Assembly: GCF_036365525.1 (NCBI RefSeq)
Contig: NC_090380.1
Location: forward strand, 50,501,331 to 50,565,330
Reading direction: 5' to 3'
Origin: Heterodontus francisci
Lineage: Eukaryota
DNA: 64,000 bases
Shown here piece after piece: positions 37,666-49,837 of the stretch. Each line of letters starts with the position of its first letter. The first letter of the stretch is position 1. Position numbers and translations under genes: made by a program. Under the pieces are notes generated by a model, which was not told the DNA's origin, did no database searches, and was given only the letters and a program-made list of their open reading frames with translations.

Positions 37666-38510
37666 GGTTACGACCAGGTAAAAAAAGAGGTCTAGGGTTC
37701 CCTTTCAGCCTTCACCTTGTCTTACTGCAACAGGGTTTAGTTTTTAAACACAGTGTTTTTAACTTCCCCTGGGTGAATTCTTGTTCTCCGCTTTCCAATT
37801 ATAAGGCAAAGAAACGAGCACAAACAGGCTTTCTTAGGTTTAAAGAAGAAAGGTGAAATTTTATGAAACTTAAACTCTAATTTGATTAACACCTACGGAT
37901 ACACAACGCGCCCATGCTAGCATGCCTGCGTGATACACACATGCAGATAGGGACAGAAAGAGCAGAAGAAAAATAAAGTGGAAAAGTTTGAGGCAATCTC
38001 TGAAGAGGGTTGTTTTGATACTGTGCTTCGAGCTCGCTGTAGTCCTTTATTGTCGGTAGATCTTGCTTTTTGTTGGGGCCCAGTATTCATCTTAAACCTT
38101 GTTCACTGTAGGAGACTTTTCTCTCTTGGGGATCATGTGTCTTCAGGGGATTTCAGTTGCATGAGAAAGAGATGGGAGCAGACAGGCAGACAAGAGGTCT
38201 TCTTCAGTCCAGGAGCAAATAGTTTTCTGCCAGTTCAAACACTGTCTCTACAATTCAAAGCTCCCCAAGTTGGCCAGCAGGGTAGTCACAGGACTGGTAT
38301 AATCACTTCTGGCTTTGTGTATTGGGTGGGTCAGGGAATGGCCCTTTGTTCCAAGCAGTTTTTGTTAATATGCAAAAATGTCCTTCCAGCCAGGGGCTTG
38401 GCAATCCCTTGCATCAGGCCTTCGCTTCTTCCCAGCAACAATTTGAAATTTAATGTCCATGTGGCGAAATGAATATGGCTTATTCTTGGCAGGTGTGGGC
38501 CTGCATGACA
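37666..38510. mobile_element. Solo LTR, 845 bp
   Basis: 5-bp TSD TAAAG at 37661-37665 and 38511-38515; termini GGTTACG (TG mutated) and CATGACA; no internal coding region. Confidence 0.75.
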
Positions 38511-39075
38511 TAAAGGTACACTGTTTTTAGACAGAGTCTAAACAAAGGTTTAAACAAAGGAGGAAAAAAAAGTTCCATGACGACATGTATTAAGTAGGTG
38601 ACTAATGCCACGTTTGCAAGAGAGAACAAGTTCATTGCATTCTGCAGGGACAACCAGGAACAGCTTTGGGGGTCACATACATTGTAGGTTTCCTCTAGGA
38701 AATCATTGACTGTACACTTATCACTCTCTAATAATCTAAGACCACTCTGAGTACTATTTGGAATTTTACAATGCCTGTGAAATGAAGTAATGGATCGCAT
38801 ATGCAGCACATGATTGTTAAAAAAAAATGGAAATAGTTTTGGTCTCACTGTTGAAGCCAGTGGAACTAGATTGTTTTACTGACTTGTATTTTGCTGCCAA
38901 TCACTATTCCTGTAATGTCAAACTGGAAGGCATTGGCCCCATCACAAAATAGGCAGGACAACAATTAATTAGTATTAATTTGACCAGGAGTGATTTTTCT
39001 AAATGTTGAAATACATTAAAACAGAAAATACTTTTTAAAAACAAAGTAAAAATAGCAAAAATGTCAATGATTCCT

Positions 39076-39360
39076 TCTTTTTCTTTGGCCTCCTTGTCTC
39101 GAGAGACAATGGGTAAGCGCCTGGAGGTGGTTTGTGAAGCAACACCTGGAGTGGCTATAAAGGCCATTTCTAGAGTGACAGACTCTTCCACAGGGGTGCT
39201 GCAGATAAAATTGTTTGTCGGGGCTGTTACACAGTTGGCTCTCCCCTTGCGCTTCTGTCTTTTTTCCTGCCAACTCTTCGACTCGCCACTCTTTAGCCCC
39301 GCCTTTGTGACTGTCCGCCAGCTCTGGCGATCACTGGCAACTGACTCCCACGACTTGTGA
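39076..39360 (-). mobile_element. Short 5'-truncated RTE LINE with TSD
   Basis: Near-identical to 41550-41850; CGRVCHSRNGLYSHSRC C-terminus; direct repeat TCAATGATTCCT at 39064-39075 and 39361-39372. Confidence 0.92.
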
Positions 39361-40594
39361 TCAATGATTCCTACATTATACGAAACTACATTGAATATAA
39401 TTAACTACCTTGTAAACTATCTTAGTTAATTTACCCACCTTTATGAGTTGTACTTTATAGATTCTTGAATACAAATAAATATTGGGATATAATGAAGTAT
39501 ACGTTTTTGTCAAAAAAAGATTTTTGAAGTCACCAAAGAGGTTGGAAAAATCATGCATGGGACTCAGTCACAAAGATGTGATATCAATGCTTAATTGTAT
39601 TTTTATTAGCTTCCTCTTAAGATGAGAATGTTCCCTTAAGCTGCCATCCATATGGAGATAATTATGAAGAGCACAGTGTGAGCATGAAGCAATGGACCTA
39701 TCCCTTAAAAGCATATACATCTTCTGAACCATTGCATTCGCAGTTGTGATGCAACAAAGCTGATTATTTTCACAACTTCAATATTTTCAAATGTTTTTTG
39801 AACCAAACTGGAACATTAACAGCAAACAGTTTGTGTAAACTTTGACACAAAAGTGACTAGTACAAATCAGGAGTCAGGTTATAGGTTCAATTGCTACTGG
39901 AAATTTCACTCACTTTCCCAAAGGTATTCACCAAAAATAATCTTCAACTGATATCAGTCGTTTATTCCTTGTAAAGGCATAGTTTGTTTTAAAAAAAACC
40001 CCCTCCTTCAAAGCACAAATACAACTGGAGCTTCAGTGCAACATACTGTCAGTTCCACCCAGGTGCATTTGCATTACAAGCTCCATTGATATAATTTATA
40101 CAGTATAAATTGGTTGGTAAGGCCTGACCTAACTCCAGAGCGAGTCTGTCTTCTCCAGGGTATCTCAGTCTCCAGGCTACTTCCTCCCAAGAGTTTCCCT
40201 CTATTTCACTTCAATCTGCTCGCCAACCTCCATCACCATTCTTGGGATTTTTTGCCAGAAAAGATGGTGGATGCTGAATATGTTCACCCATTTTTAAGTA
40301 GGCTTATTCAATTGAAATGCTAATTGATGGCATTACATCACTGAATGTATTAACATCTCAGTAATCCTGTGTGTGTGTGTGAGTAGGTGATATCATGAAT
40401 ATTTTCAGGTATTGTTTAATAAACATTTATCTTTCTTTAAATCTATGGGAAAACGTGTCATTTGTCTGTTTATTGACCATTAAAATGCTCAAGGATTAAA
40501 ACACAAATCTAATAAAAACACACTGTCTTCGAACAGTTGAGAGGTGAAAAGTGGAAATCCTCCTTATCATTTCCACCTCTCTGTAAAATCTTCT

Positions 40595-40935
40595 GGAACC
40601 ACTACAGTGTGTATGGTGAAGGTACTCCCACAGTGGTGCTTAGCAGGGAGTTCCAGGATTTTGACCTCGTGACAATGAAGAAACAGCAATATGTTTCCAA
40701 ATTGGGATGAGTGACTTGGAAGGGTATTCAGAAGTGCTATGTTCCCATGCGCCTGCTGCCCTTGTCCTTCTAGGTGGTGAAGGTCTTAGCTTTGGGAGGT
40801 GCTGCAGTGCATCCTGTAAATATTACACTCTACAGCCATTGTGCGCCACTGATAGTGTGGGGTGAGGTGGAGGGATGGATGTTGGATGTTTAAGTGGTGG
40901 TAGGGTAACCATTCAAGCAGACTGTTCTGGTGGAA
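40595..40935 (-). mobile_element. Degraded 3' fragment of the second LINE family
   Basis: AGGGAGTTCCAGGATTTTGACC and TGCTGCCCTTGTCCTTCTAGGTGGT are reverse complements of sequence in 52270-52415 and 49080-49220. Confidence 0.8.
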
Positions 40936-41531
40936 TTTCACTGAATATGATTCTCTAATGAGCATAATCCTTTGCACAGGATCTGCTTAGCCTTTGACGA
41001 GCACTTGGTCAATTTTACAATTGTAAGTAACTACCTTGCCCTGACGTGCTCATACAGAAACAACACAGATGTTTCTCATACAGAACACATGTTCAGACAA
41101 CTGAAAAGTGAGGGCTTTCTGACATTTGACTGGGTAACCATATATTGTATTCCAACAGAATTACCTAAAGCATTGAATATACTAAAGCAAAAGCTCACTG
41201 AAGAGTGATGACACACTTGGAGCTGTTTAGGTACGTCACTTTTTCTAACAGGGAAATATGTTGACAGATTGTTTTAAAAAATCAAGGTACTGAAATACCA
41301 AAGAGTGGAACTGAACGAAGGATTTACATTTTAACTATCTCAGAATGCTGACGTGCAACATCACAGATTACAGCAGTGTTAATATGTTTAAAATTTGATC
41401 TTACTTATTAACACACACTGTAATTTCAGAAAAACTTCAAACATTTGTAGCCAATTTTCCTTTGTTTGTGCCCAGGGGGTGCTTATTTCTCAGATTCCAA
41501 TATTAGTTACCTAATTACTGTTACAACAGCT

Positions 41532-44140
41532 TTTTTTCTTTTCTTCTTTTTTTTCTTTGGCCTCCTTGTCTCGAGAGACAATGGGTAAGCGCCTAGAGGT
41601 GGTCAGTGGTTTGTGAAGCAGCGCCTGGAGTGGCTATAAAGGCCAATTCTAGAGTGATAGACTCTTCCACAGGCACTGCAGATAAAATTTGTTTGCTGGG
41701 GCTGTTACACAGTTGGCTCTCCCCTTGCGCTTCTGTCTTTTTTCCTGCCAACAGCTAAGTATCTTCGACTCGCCACTCTTCAGTCCCGCCTTTATCAGTC
41801 TGCCAGCTCTGGCGATTACTGGTAACTGACTCCCACGACTTGTGATCAATGTCACACGATTTCATGTCGCGTTTGCAGACGTCCTTAAAGCGGAGACATG
41901 GACGGCCGGTGGGTCTGATACCAGTGACGAGCTTGCTGTACAATGTGTCCTTGGGGATCCTGCCATCTTCCATGCGGCTCACATGGCCAAGCCATCTCGA
42001 GCGCCGCTGGCTCAGTAGGGTGTATATGCTGAGGATGTTGGCCGCCTCGAGGACTTCTGCGTAGGAGATACGGTCCTGCCACCTGATGCCAAGGATTCTC
42101 CGGAGGCAACGAAGATGGAATGAATTGAGACGTCACTCTTGTCTCACATACGTTGTCCAGGCCTCGCTGCCATAGAGCAAGGTACTGAACACACAGGCTT
42201 GATACACTCGGACTTTTGTGTTCCGTGTCAGTGTGCCATTTTCCCACACTCTCTTGGCCAGTCTGGACATAGCAGCAGATGCCTTTCCCAATCACTTGTT
42301 GATTTCTGCATCGAGAGACAGGTTACTGGTTATAGTTGAGCCCAAGGTAGGTGAGCTCGTGAACCACTTCCAGAGCGTGGTCGCCAATATTGATGGATGG
42401 AGCATCTCTGACATCCTGTCCCATGATGTTCGTTTTCTTGAGGCTGATGGTTAGGTCAAATTTGTTGCAGGCAGCCGCAAACCTGTCGATGAGTCTCTGC
42501 AGACACTCTTCTGTGTGGGATGTTAATGCAGCATCGTCAGCAAAGAGGAATTCCCTGATGAGGACTTTCCGTACTTTGGTCTTCACAGATGGGCAAGGTT
42601 GAACAACCTGCCATCTGATCTTGTGTGAAGGAAAGTTTCTTCTTCTGAAGACTTGAACGCATGTGAGAGCAGCAGGGAGAAGAAGATCCCAAACAGTGTA
42701 GGTGCGAGAACACAGCCCTGTTTCACGCCACTCAGGATAGGAATGGGATCTGATGAGGCACTGCTATGCTGAATTGTGCCTTTCATATTGTCATGGACAT
42801 TGACATGGTGGACATCCGATCTTTGCTAGTAGTCTGAACAGCCAATGTCTGCTGACGAGGTCAAAGGCTTTGGTGAGATCAATGAAAGCAATGTAGAGGG
42901 GCATCTGTTGTTTGCGGCATTTCTCCTGTAGCTGGCGAAGGGAGAACAACATGTCAATGGTGGATCTCTCTGCTCGAAAGCCACACTGTGCCTTAGGATA
43001 GACACGCTCATCCAGCTTCTGCAGCCTGTTTAAAGTGACTCGAGCGATGACTTCCCCACTATGCTGAGCAGGGAGATTCCACGGTAGTTGTTGCAGTCAC
43101 TGTGGTCACCCTTGTTCTTATAGAGGGTGATGACATTGGCATCGCGCATGTCCTGTGGTACTGCTCCCTCATCCCAGCACAGGCAAAGCAGTTCATGGAG
43201 TGCTGAGAGTATAGCAGGCTTGGCACTCTTGATTATTTCAGGGGTAATGCTGCCTTTCCCAGGGGCTTTTCCACTGGCTAGAGAATCAATGGCATCACCG
43301 AGTTCCGATTTTGTTGGTTGTTCGTCCAGCTCATCCATGACTGGCAGAGACTGGGCTGCATTGAGGGCGGTCTGAGTGACATTTTCCCTGGAGTACAGTT
43401 CTAGGTAGTGCTCCACCCAGCGGTCCATTTGCTTGCGTTGGTCAGTGATTGTGTCCCCTGATTTAGACTTGAGGGGGGTGATCTTCTTGATGGTTGGCCC
43501 AAAAGCTCTCTTAATGCCATCATACATTCCTCTGATGTTTCCGGTGTCGGAGGCCAGCTGAATACGACTGCATAGGTGTTGCCAGTAGTCATTTGTACAG
43601 TGCCTGGCTGTTCTTTGTGCAGCACTTCTGGCTACTTTAAGTGCTACGGATGATAACTCGCCGGGGACTTTCTTGTAGTTCAACAGTGCAATGCGTTTAA
43701 CGGCTATGACAGGTTCCAGCTCTTCAAAATGAGATTGAAACCAGTCTGCATTCTGCTTCTCACATTTGCCATAGGTGGTCATTGCTGAGTCATAGATGGC
43801 ATCTTTGATGTGGGTCCACTTGGACTCTGCATCCCCTGCAGGAGTGTTTTGAAGGGCTTTTCCAGGTGAATTTAGAAACTTATGTAACAGCTGTGGATAA
43901 GAAATTCTGTTAGTGTTGATTCGCAGGCGGCCCTTCTGCTTGGAGTGATGTAGCTTCTTTGGTTTGAGTCTAACTTTGCTGCACACCAGGGAGTGGTCAG
44001 TGTCTCAGTCTGTGCTATGGAAGCTACGTATGATTTGGACACTGTTTATAGAGGCTCGCCTTGTGACGATGAAGTCCAGCTGGTGCCAACGACATGATCT
44101 TGGGTGCCACCATGAAACCTGGTGACAGGGTTTAGTATTT
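41532..44140 (-). mobile_element. RTE-clade (BovB-like) LINE, 5'-truncated within the endonuclease, disrupted ORF
   Basis: HPRSCRWHQLDF and TDHSLV (APE end); NYRGISLLSIVGK; GVKQGCVLAPTLF; FLFADDAAL; RMEDGRIPKDTLY; 17-bp TSD TTACTGTTACAACAGCT at 41515-41531 and 44141-44157. Confidence 0.96.
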
Positions 44141-44157
44141 TTACTGTTACAACAGCT

Positions 44158-44780
44158 ACTACTTACATTTATATACTGCCTTTAACCTAATAAAACATCC
44201 CAAGGTGCTTCACAGGAGCATTATAAAACAAAGGAGGAAAGCAAGGTGGAGAGGCGGCCGAGAGGTATAGGGAGATTATTCCAGAGCATGGGGTCTAGGC
44301 AACTGAAGTTGCGGCCACCAATTATGGAACGATTAAAATCCGTGATGCACAACAGACTAGAATTAGAGGAGCGCAGATACCTTCAAGGGTTGTGGGACAG
44401 GAGGAGATTACAGAGATAGGGAGGGGTGAGGCCATGGAGGGATTTGACAACAAGGATGAGAATTTTAAAATCAAGACGTTGCTTGACCAGGAGCCAGTGT
44501 AGGGCAGCGAGCACAGGGGTGATAGGGGAATGGAACTTGGTGTGAATTAATACACGGGCAGCAGAATTTTGGATGACCACAAGTTTACGGAGAGTAGAAC
44601 ATGGGAGACCAGCCAAGAATGCATTGGAATAGTTAAGTCTAGATATAATAAAGGCATGAATGAGGGTTTCAGCAGCAGCTGAGCTGAGACAACAGTGAAG
44701 TTGGGTGATGCCATGGAGATAGAAATAGTGATGTAGTCTTAGTGATGGCACGAATATGAGGTCGGAAGCTCAACAGAGCG
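44158..44780 (-). mobile_element. L2 LINE 3' fragment
   Basis: AETLIHAFIISRLNYSNAFLAGLP...QNSAARVL...SPITPVLAALHWLLVKQRLDFKILILV. Confidence 0.92.
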
Positions 44781-44869
44781 AGTCACAGATGAAGCATATT
44801 CCACCATAACTTGCATCATAAACTGGCTCGATGTGATGAATATATTGTGCCTCATCATATCCACAACAT

Positions 44870-45185
44870 GCCCCCAAAGTACTTCAAAGCTGATGAATTG
44901 CTTTTGAAGTGTAGTCATTGATGTGGTGTAGGTGAAAGCCAATTCACACATAGCAAGGTCCCCACAAGCAGTAAATGAGATAAAAAGATAGAACTCTTCT
45001 TCGAATAGTACCAGGGGATGTTTTACATCCAGCTGAACAGGAAGTCAGGGCAACAGTTTAATGTTTCATCTAAAAAACAGCACAGCTCTCTCTGCATACT
45101 GTTTGGAATTGTCAGTTTAGATTATGTGCTCAAGTCCTCGAGTGTACAGTAGTTTTTAACCATCTAACTCAGAGTCTGCTGAGAC
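44870..45185 (-). mobile_element. DeuSINE-type copy, degraded
   Basis: TTTTGAAGTGTAGTCATTG...GCCAATTCACACATAGCAAGGTCCCCACAA...GATTATGTGCTCAAGTC. Confidence 0.65.
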
Positions 45186-45947
45186 AAATTGATGCATACT
45201 TCATTCGTCATGTTTTAGATTTTATTTTACTATTATTCGACAGAAAGGATTTCGGGGAAAAAAGTTGCATTTAAGGTCTGCGACTTAAAGCAAAGTGTAC
45301 TCATGCAGGTTTAAGTACAAAAACACATAGTAGTTAAAATGCTAATGAGTGAGGCTTTGAAATTGTCACCCCTAAAAACTATAAAGAATAAACAATTTAT
45401 TTGCCTGCCACACTCATTGTGCTGTGTGGCTAATTAAGCAACACCTTCCAACATTGTTTGGTAGTCCCTGTTTTTGGACCCTCAGCTGGGTTTAGTTAGA
45501 TAGCATAAACTCTCATCAAGTTGTGAATGCAGGGAGGTATAAAAACATAGGCAGTCAGTCATGTTACTAAACAGAAGGTGATGAGGGTAAGTTTCAGCCA
45601 GGCTTAAATGGTTAGAATACTGGATGATAATTAGAAGTTAGACAAGCAAGCAAACAAAATCACCCCATTGATGTGGTGCAGAGTAATGTGTTCATTAATT
45701 TGTATCATTACATGAACCACGTTGTTTGTACTGACTGAATTAAGTGATTCTGATCAGAACCGTTGCTCTGTATGTTCATTTGCTCTGAAATGAGCAGCTT
45801 AACTATTCATACCTGCTTACTTCATATCAGCTGTTTCCTTGCTCTGCCTTTAATAAGACTGAAGATATATGTTGGGGCACATGAAAGACATGAATTTTGG
45901 TTCCGATCACAAGGGGTACCGGAGTTGCAACTCTAAATTACAAAATA

Positions 45948-46260
45948 AGACTTACATTTATATAGTAGTTTTCACAATGACCGGACTTCTCAAAATGTTT
46001 CACAACCAATGAAGTACTTCTTAAGTGTAGTCATTGTTGTAATGTAGGAAACGCGGCAGCCAATTTGTGCACAGCAAGCTCCCACAAACAGCAATGGGAT
46101 AATTGCCAGATAATCAGTTTTTCTGATTGAGGGAAAAATATTGGCAAGGATACTGGGGACAACTGCCCTGCTCTTCTTTGAAATAGTGCCATGGGATCTT
46201 TTACATCTACCTGAGAGGGTAGACGGTGCCTCGGTTTACCGTCTCATCCAAAAGACACTA
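45948..46260 (-). mobile_element. DeuSINE-type copy (Deu domain and tail; head missing)
   Basis: GTAGGAAACGCGGCAGCCAATTTGTGCACAGCAAGCTCCCACAAACAGCAATG...GAAATAGTGCCATGGGATCTTTTACATC...CTCATCCAAAAGAC. Confidence 0.85.
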
Positions 46261-47240
46261 TTGTAAAAGTAGATAACCCTGGCACGTAAGGAGCCTGGGA
46301 TCCACTTGTGGGACTGGTGCCATTGAATCCAACGCAATATCTAAGGCAAGATCCTGAACTTGTAATATCCCTGTTAGTACTTTTGAATTGGAAATAGCAA
46401 AATACTATAGAAATAGTAAATTTCCAAATTAATAAAGAGATGATCCAATCTTGCATCAAATCAGATCAAATCCAGATCACAATCAATCCCTAATATGGAT
46501 CTGAATCGCTAATCTTCTGGACCACAAGAATACATAGCACTTATCCCACAATGAATGGGATTTAATGTACAGCTATGAGAAGCAAGACAACTTCCTTCAC
46601 CACTAAAGAACATAAAAGCACACTAACCCCTGGATATCCAGAACTACAAGAGAACACTGACTCCTCACCCAACTAGCCAACAGTGGATTACGTACTTTAT
46701 ACAGAAAATAATACAGAACTAAAAAAGTACATAGCCTTAGTATTCAGTTTCTCATTCACATGTGAATTACAAAACAGCCATAAGAATAGTGAAGTACTTG
46801 TAGCACAATATAGAAAATTGTAGCATGTTTGTGTAATAAATCTCTGTGCATAGACAATACTGTGCTGGAATATGGTAAATGGCAAATATATGCGCAGAAA
46901 GAAAATTAGTCCCTTTGTACACGCATGGTGCCTTGAATCCAATGTGATCTAGATTTGGCCCAAATTCAGATATTTCCAAATTAATACAAACCAGTTAAAC
47001 TAATTTCATGCATTTTGTTCTTATGGGGAGGAAGATTTCCTCGGTGTACTATCTGTACTGAAATTGTAAACACAATTAAAAAGATTGCGTTTACAGTTTT
47101 GTTCGAAATGCTGCACAGAGGAACTCCCTATGGACCACATATATGATAACATGCATCTTACAGAAAATTCTGCATCAAAATTTCTGACATCACAGTTCAG
47201 AATTAATTCACTATTGTACATGAAAAAGACTTGGTCATAA

Positions 47241-48325
47241 GGGGGGATAATTGGTTGTCTCCCAAAAACAGAAATGGGAATTGCAATGCACGATTAACCC
47301 ATGCTCATTTGATGTAATGCAGGTAGCACAGAAACTTCATCATGCTTGCTCATTAACAGGATTTCTGCATGCAACCATGCGAACCTCACTATTCTTTGGC
47401 TGCACTCAGGGGACCCAAAATGGATACCAGCTGGCACTACTTAAAGCTGACTTTCACCTCTCAAACGGGAGGTGCATTGTGGCTGGAGCAAGATCAGTCC
47501 TGTGGTGAAATGGACATTGGAAAGACAGAAGAATGGCTGAATATGAGAGAGCACGGGTACTCGGGTTTCTCAATGCTGAGCTGGAGATTTTGATGAAGGA
47601 GGTGAAAGCAAGAGCTACCATTCTGTATCCATAGGGGACAACGATGAAAAAGCAATGGCAGCAGATAGCCGTGGAGGTCAATGTCAGGTGTCTCGTCCCC
47701 AGGATCTGGATGCAGTGTCACAAAAATTTCTATGGTCTCACATGAATGGTCAAGGTCAGTAAATGTATTTTCAAATGCCATATCCTGCCAATTGCATCAT
47801 TAGCCTCAGTCACTGCTCAATTCACAACACACCCATCACCCACCCACCAGCATTCTCCATCAATCAGGACTCATACATCACATTCATACAATTCACCTCA
47901 CCCTCACACACTTAGCACCACTGCCACACACCCACATCTCACAGCTTGCACACATTGCCACTATTCAACCATGACATTCACATCAACCAACCAGATTGTA
48001 GGGCATTAATTGATACATTTCCTTCTCCTTTGCAGGAAAAGTACGCACACAATAGCAGGCAGCAGGAACTAACCAGAGGGGGAGCAGCACATCTGCATGC
48101 TCTAATCCCCACGGAGGAGCCACTGCTGGTCATTATTGGAAATTATACTGCTGAGGCAATGGTTCAAACCATTCAAGATGATGATATCTTCATACCTAAT
48201 CCTTCTCCTTATATCCCACTTCCTGTTCATCCTATAATCTCTTCTGATTTACAAGCTGCAGATAGTGTAAGCTGACGCCTCTTGCTTAAACGCATTCTTA
48301 CCCTTATTCCATTGCCCTTTCAGAT
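47241..48325 (+). mobile_element. Second Harbinger left arm with Myb/SANT gene remnant
   Basis: Collinear with 26496-28960; exon 1 47533-47754 (KKQWQQIAVEVNVRCLVPRIWMQCHKNF), donor GTCAGT, acceptor CCTTCTCCTTTGCAG at 48035, exon 2 EKYAHNSRQQELTRGG. Confidence 0.8.
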
Positions 48326-48372
48326 AATCACCAGATAATGTGTTTTTGTGATGTCAATTGAGGGATAAATTG

Positions 48373-49362
48373 AGGGCGTTCCTCAGGGTAGTGTCCTAGG
48401 CCCAACCATCTTCAGTTGCTTTATCAATGACCTTCTTGCCATCATAAGGTCAGAAATGGGGATGTTCGCTGATGACTGCACAATGTTCAGCACCATTTAT
48501 GACTCCTCAGATACTGAAGCTGTCCGGATCCACATGCAGCAAGATCTGGACAACATCCAGGCTTGGGCTGATAAGTGTCAAGTAACATTCATGCCACAAA
48601 AGTGCCAGGTAATGACTATCTCAAAAAAGAGAGAATCTAACCATCTCTCCTTAATGTTCAATGTCATTACCATCGCTGAATCACAAACTATCAACTTCCT
48701 GGGGGTTCCCATTGACCAGAAACTGAACTGGACCAGCCACATAAATGCTGTGGCTACAAGAGTCGGTCAGAGGCTGGGAATTCTGTGGTGAGCAACTCAC
48801 GTACTGACTCCCAAAGCCTGTCCACCACCTCTAAGGCACAAGCAGGAGTGTGATGGAATACTCTCCACTTGCCTGGATGGGTGCAGCTCTAACAACACTC
48901 AAGAAGCTTGACACCTTCCAGGACAAAGCAGCCCGCTTGATTGGCACTCCATCCATCGCCTTCAACATTCACTTCCTTCACCACCAATGCACAGTGACAG
49001 TAGTGTGTGCCATATACAAGATGCACTGCAGCAACTCACTAAGGCTCCTTCGACAGCACCTTCCAAACCCGCAACCTCTACCACCTAGCAGGACAAGGGC
49101 AGCAGTTGCCTGGGAACACCACCACCTGGAAGTTCCCCTCCAAGCCACACACCATCCTGACTTGAAACGAAATCACCATTCCTTCACTGTCGATGGGTCA
49201 AAATCCTGGAACTCCCTTCCTAACAGCACTGAGGGTTTACCGACCCAACACGTACTGCAGCAGTTCAAGAAGGCACCTCACCACCACCTTCTCAAGGGCA
49301 ATCAGGAATGGGCAATAAATGCTGTCCTTGCCAGCAATGCTCACCTCCCATGAACGGATAAA
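48373..49362 (+). mobile_element. 5'-truncated CR1/L2-group LINE (second family)
   Basis: [39 protein letters not shown]; same 3' tail as 52418-52564. Confidence 0.93.
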
Positions 49363-49678
49363 TTAGGCTTACTGACAGATTTCCCAATGCACCAAGCATT
49401 TTGTTGTGTACACTCATCAGCCTCTTTGGTGTCTTGGCCCTACAAAGTCCTCATTGGAGTCCGCTGCAGCAAAACTGAAGTGTAGCCTCTTCTTCTGGCA
49501 ATCTGGCACCTGCGCTACACTTGCTCCCTGCCATGGCTGTATCGCACTTGTGCCTGGTGTCTCACCATGTGCAGATCTAATCTTGAATCTATTCCGAAGG
49601 TATGCTTTAATAAATTAAATGCTGTCCTTGTGAAATATTCACAGCACTAATGGATGTTCCACTGCATTGCTGTACAGG

Positions 49679-49807
49679 TGTCACTGTATAACACTGAGTT
49701 ACAGTACTGGTGGGGACAGGTCTATTACTGATAACACTAAGGTACAGTACTGGTGGGGACCAATGTGTCACTGTATAACACTGGGTGATAGTACAGGCGG
49801 GTACAGG
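49679..49807. repeat. About 3 copies of a ~44-bp tandem unit
   Basis: TGTCACTGTATAACACTGAGTTACAGTACTGGTGGGGACAGGTC / TATTACTGATAACACTAAGGTACAGTACTGGTGGGGACCAATG / TGTCACTGTATAACACTGGGTGATAGTACAGGCGGGTACAGG. Confidence 0.85.
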
Positions 49808-49837
49808 AGGAGACACAGAGAGAAGGGGAAGAGAGAC

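Noticed and set aside
49679-49807. CRISPR-like array
   Set aside because: Contiguous tandem units with no unique spacers, no cas genes, vertebrate context.
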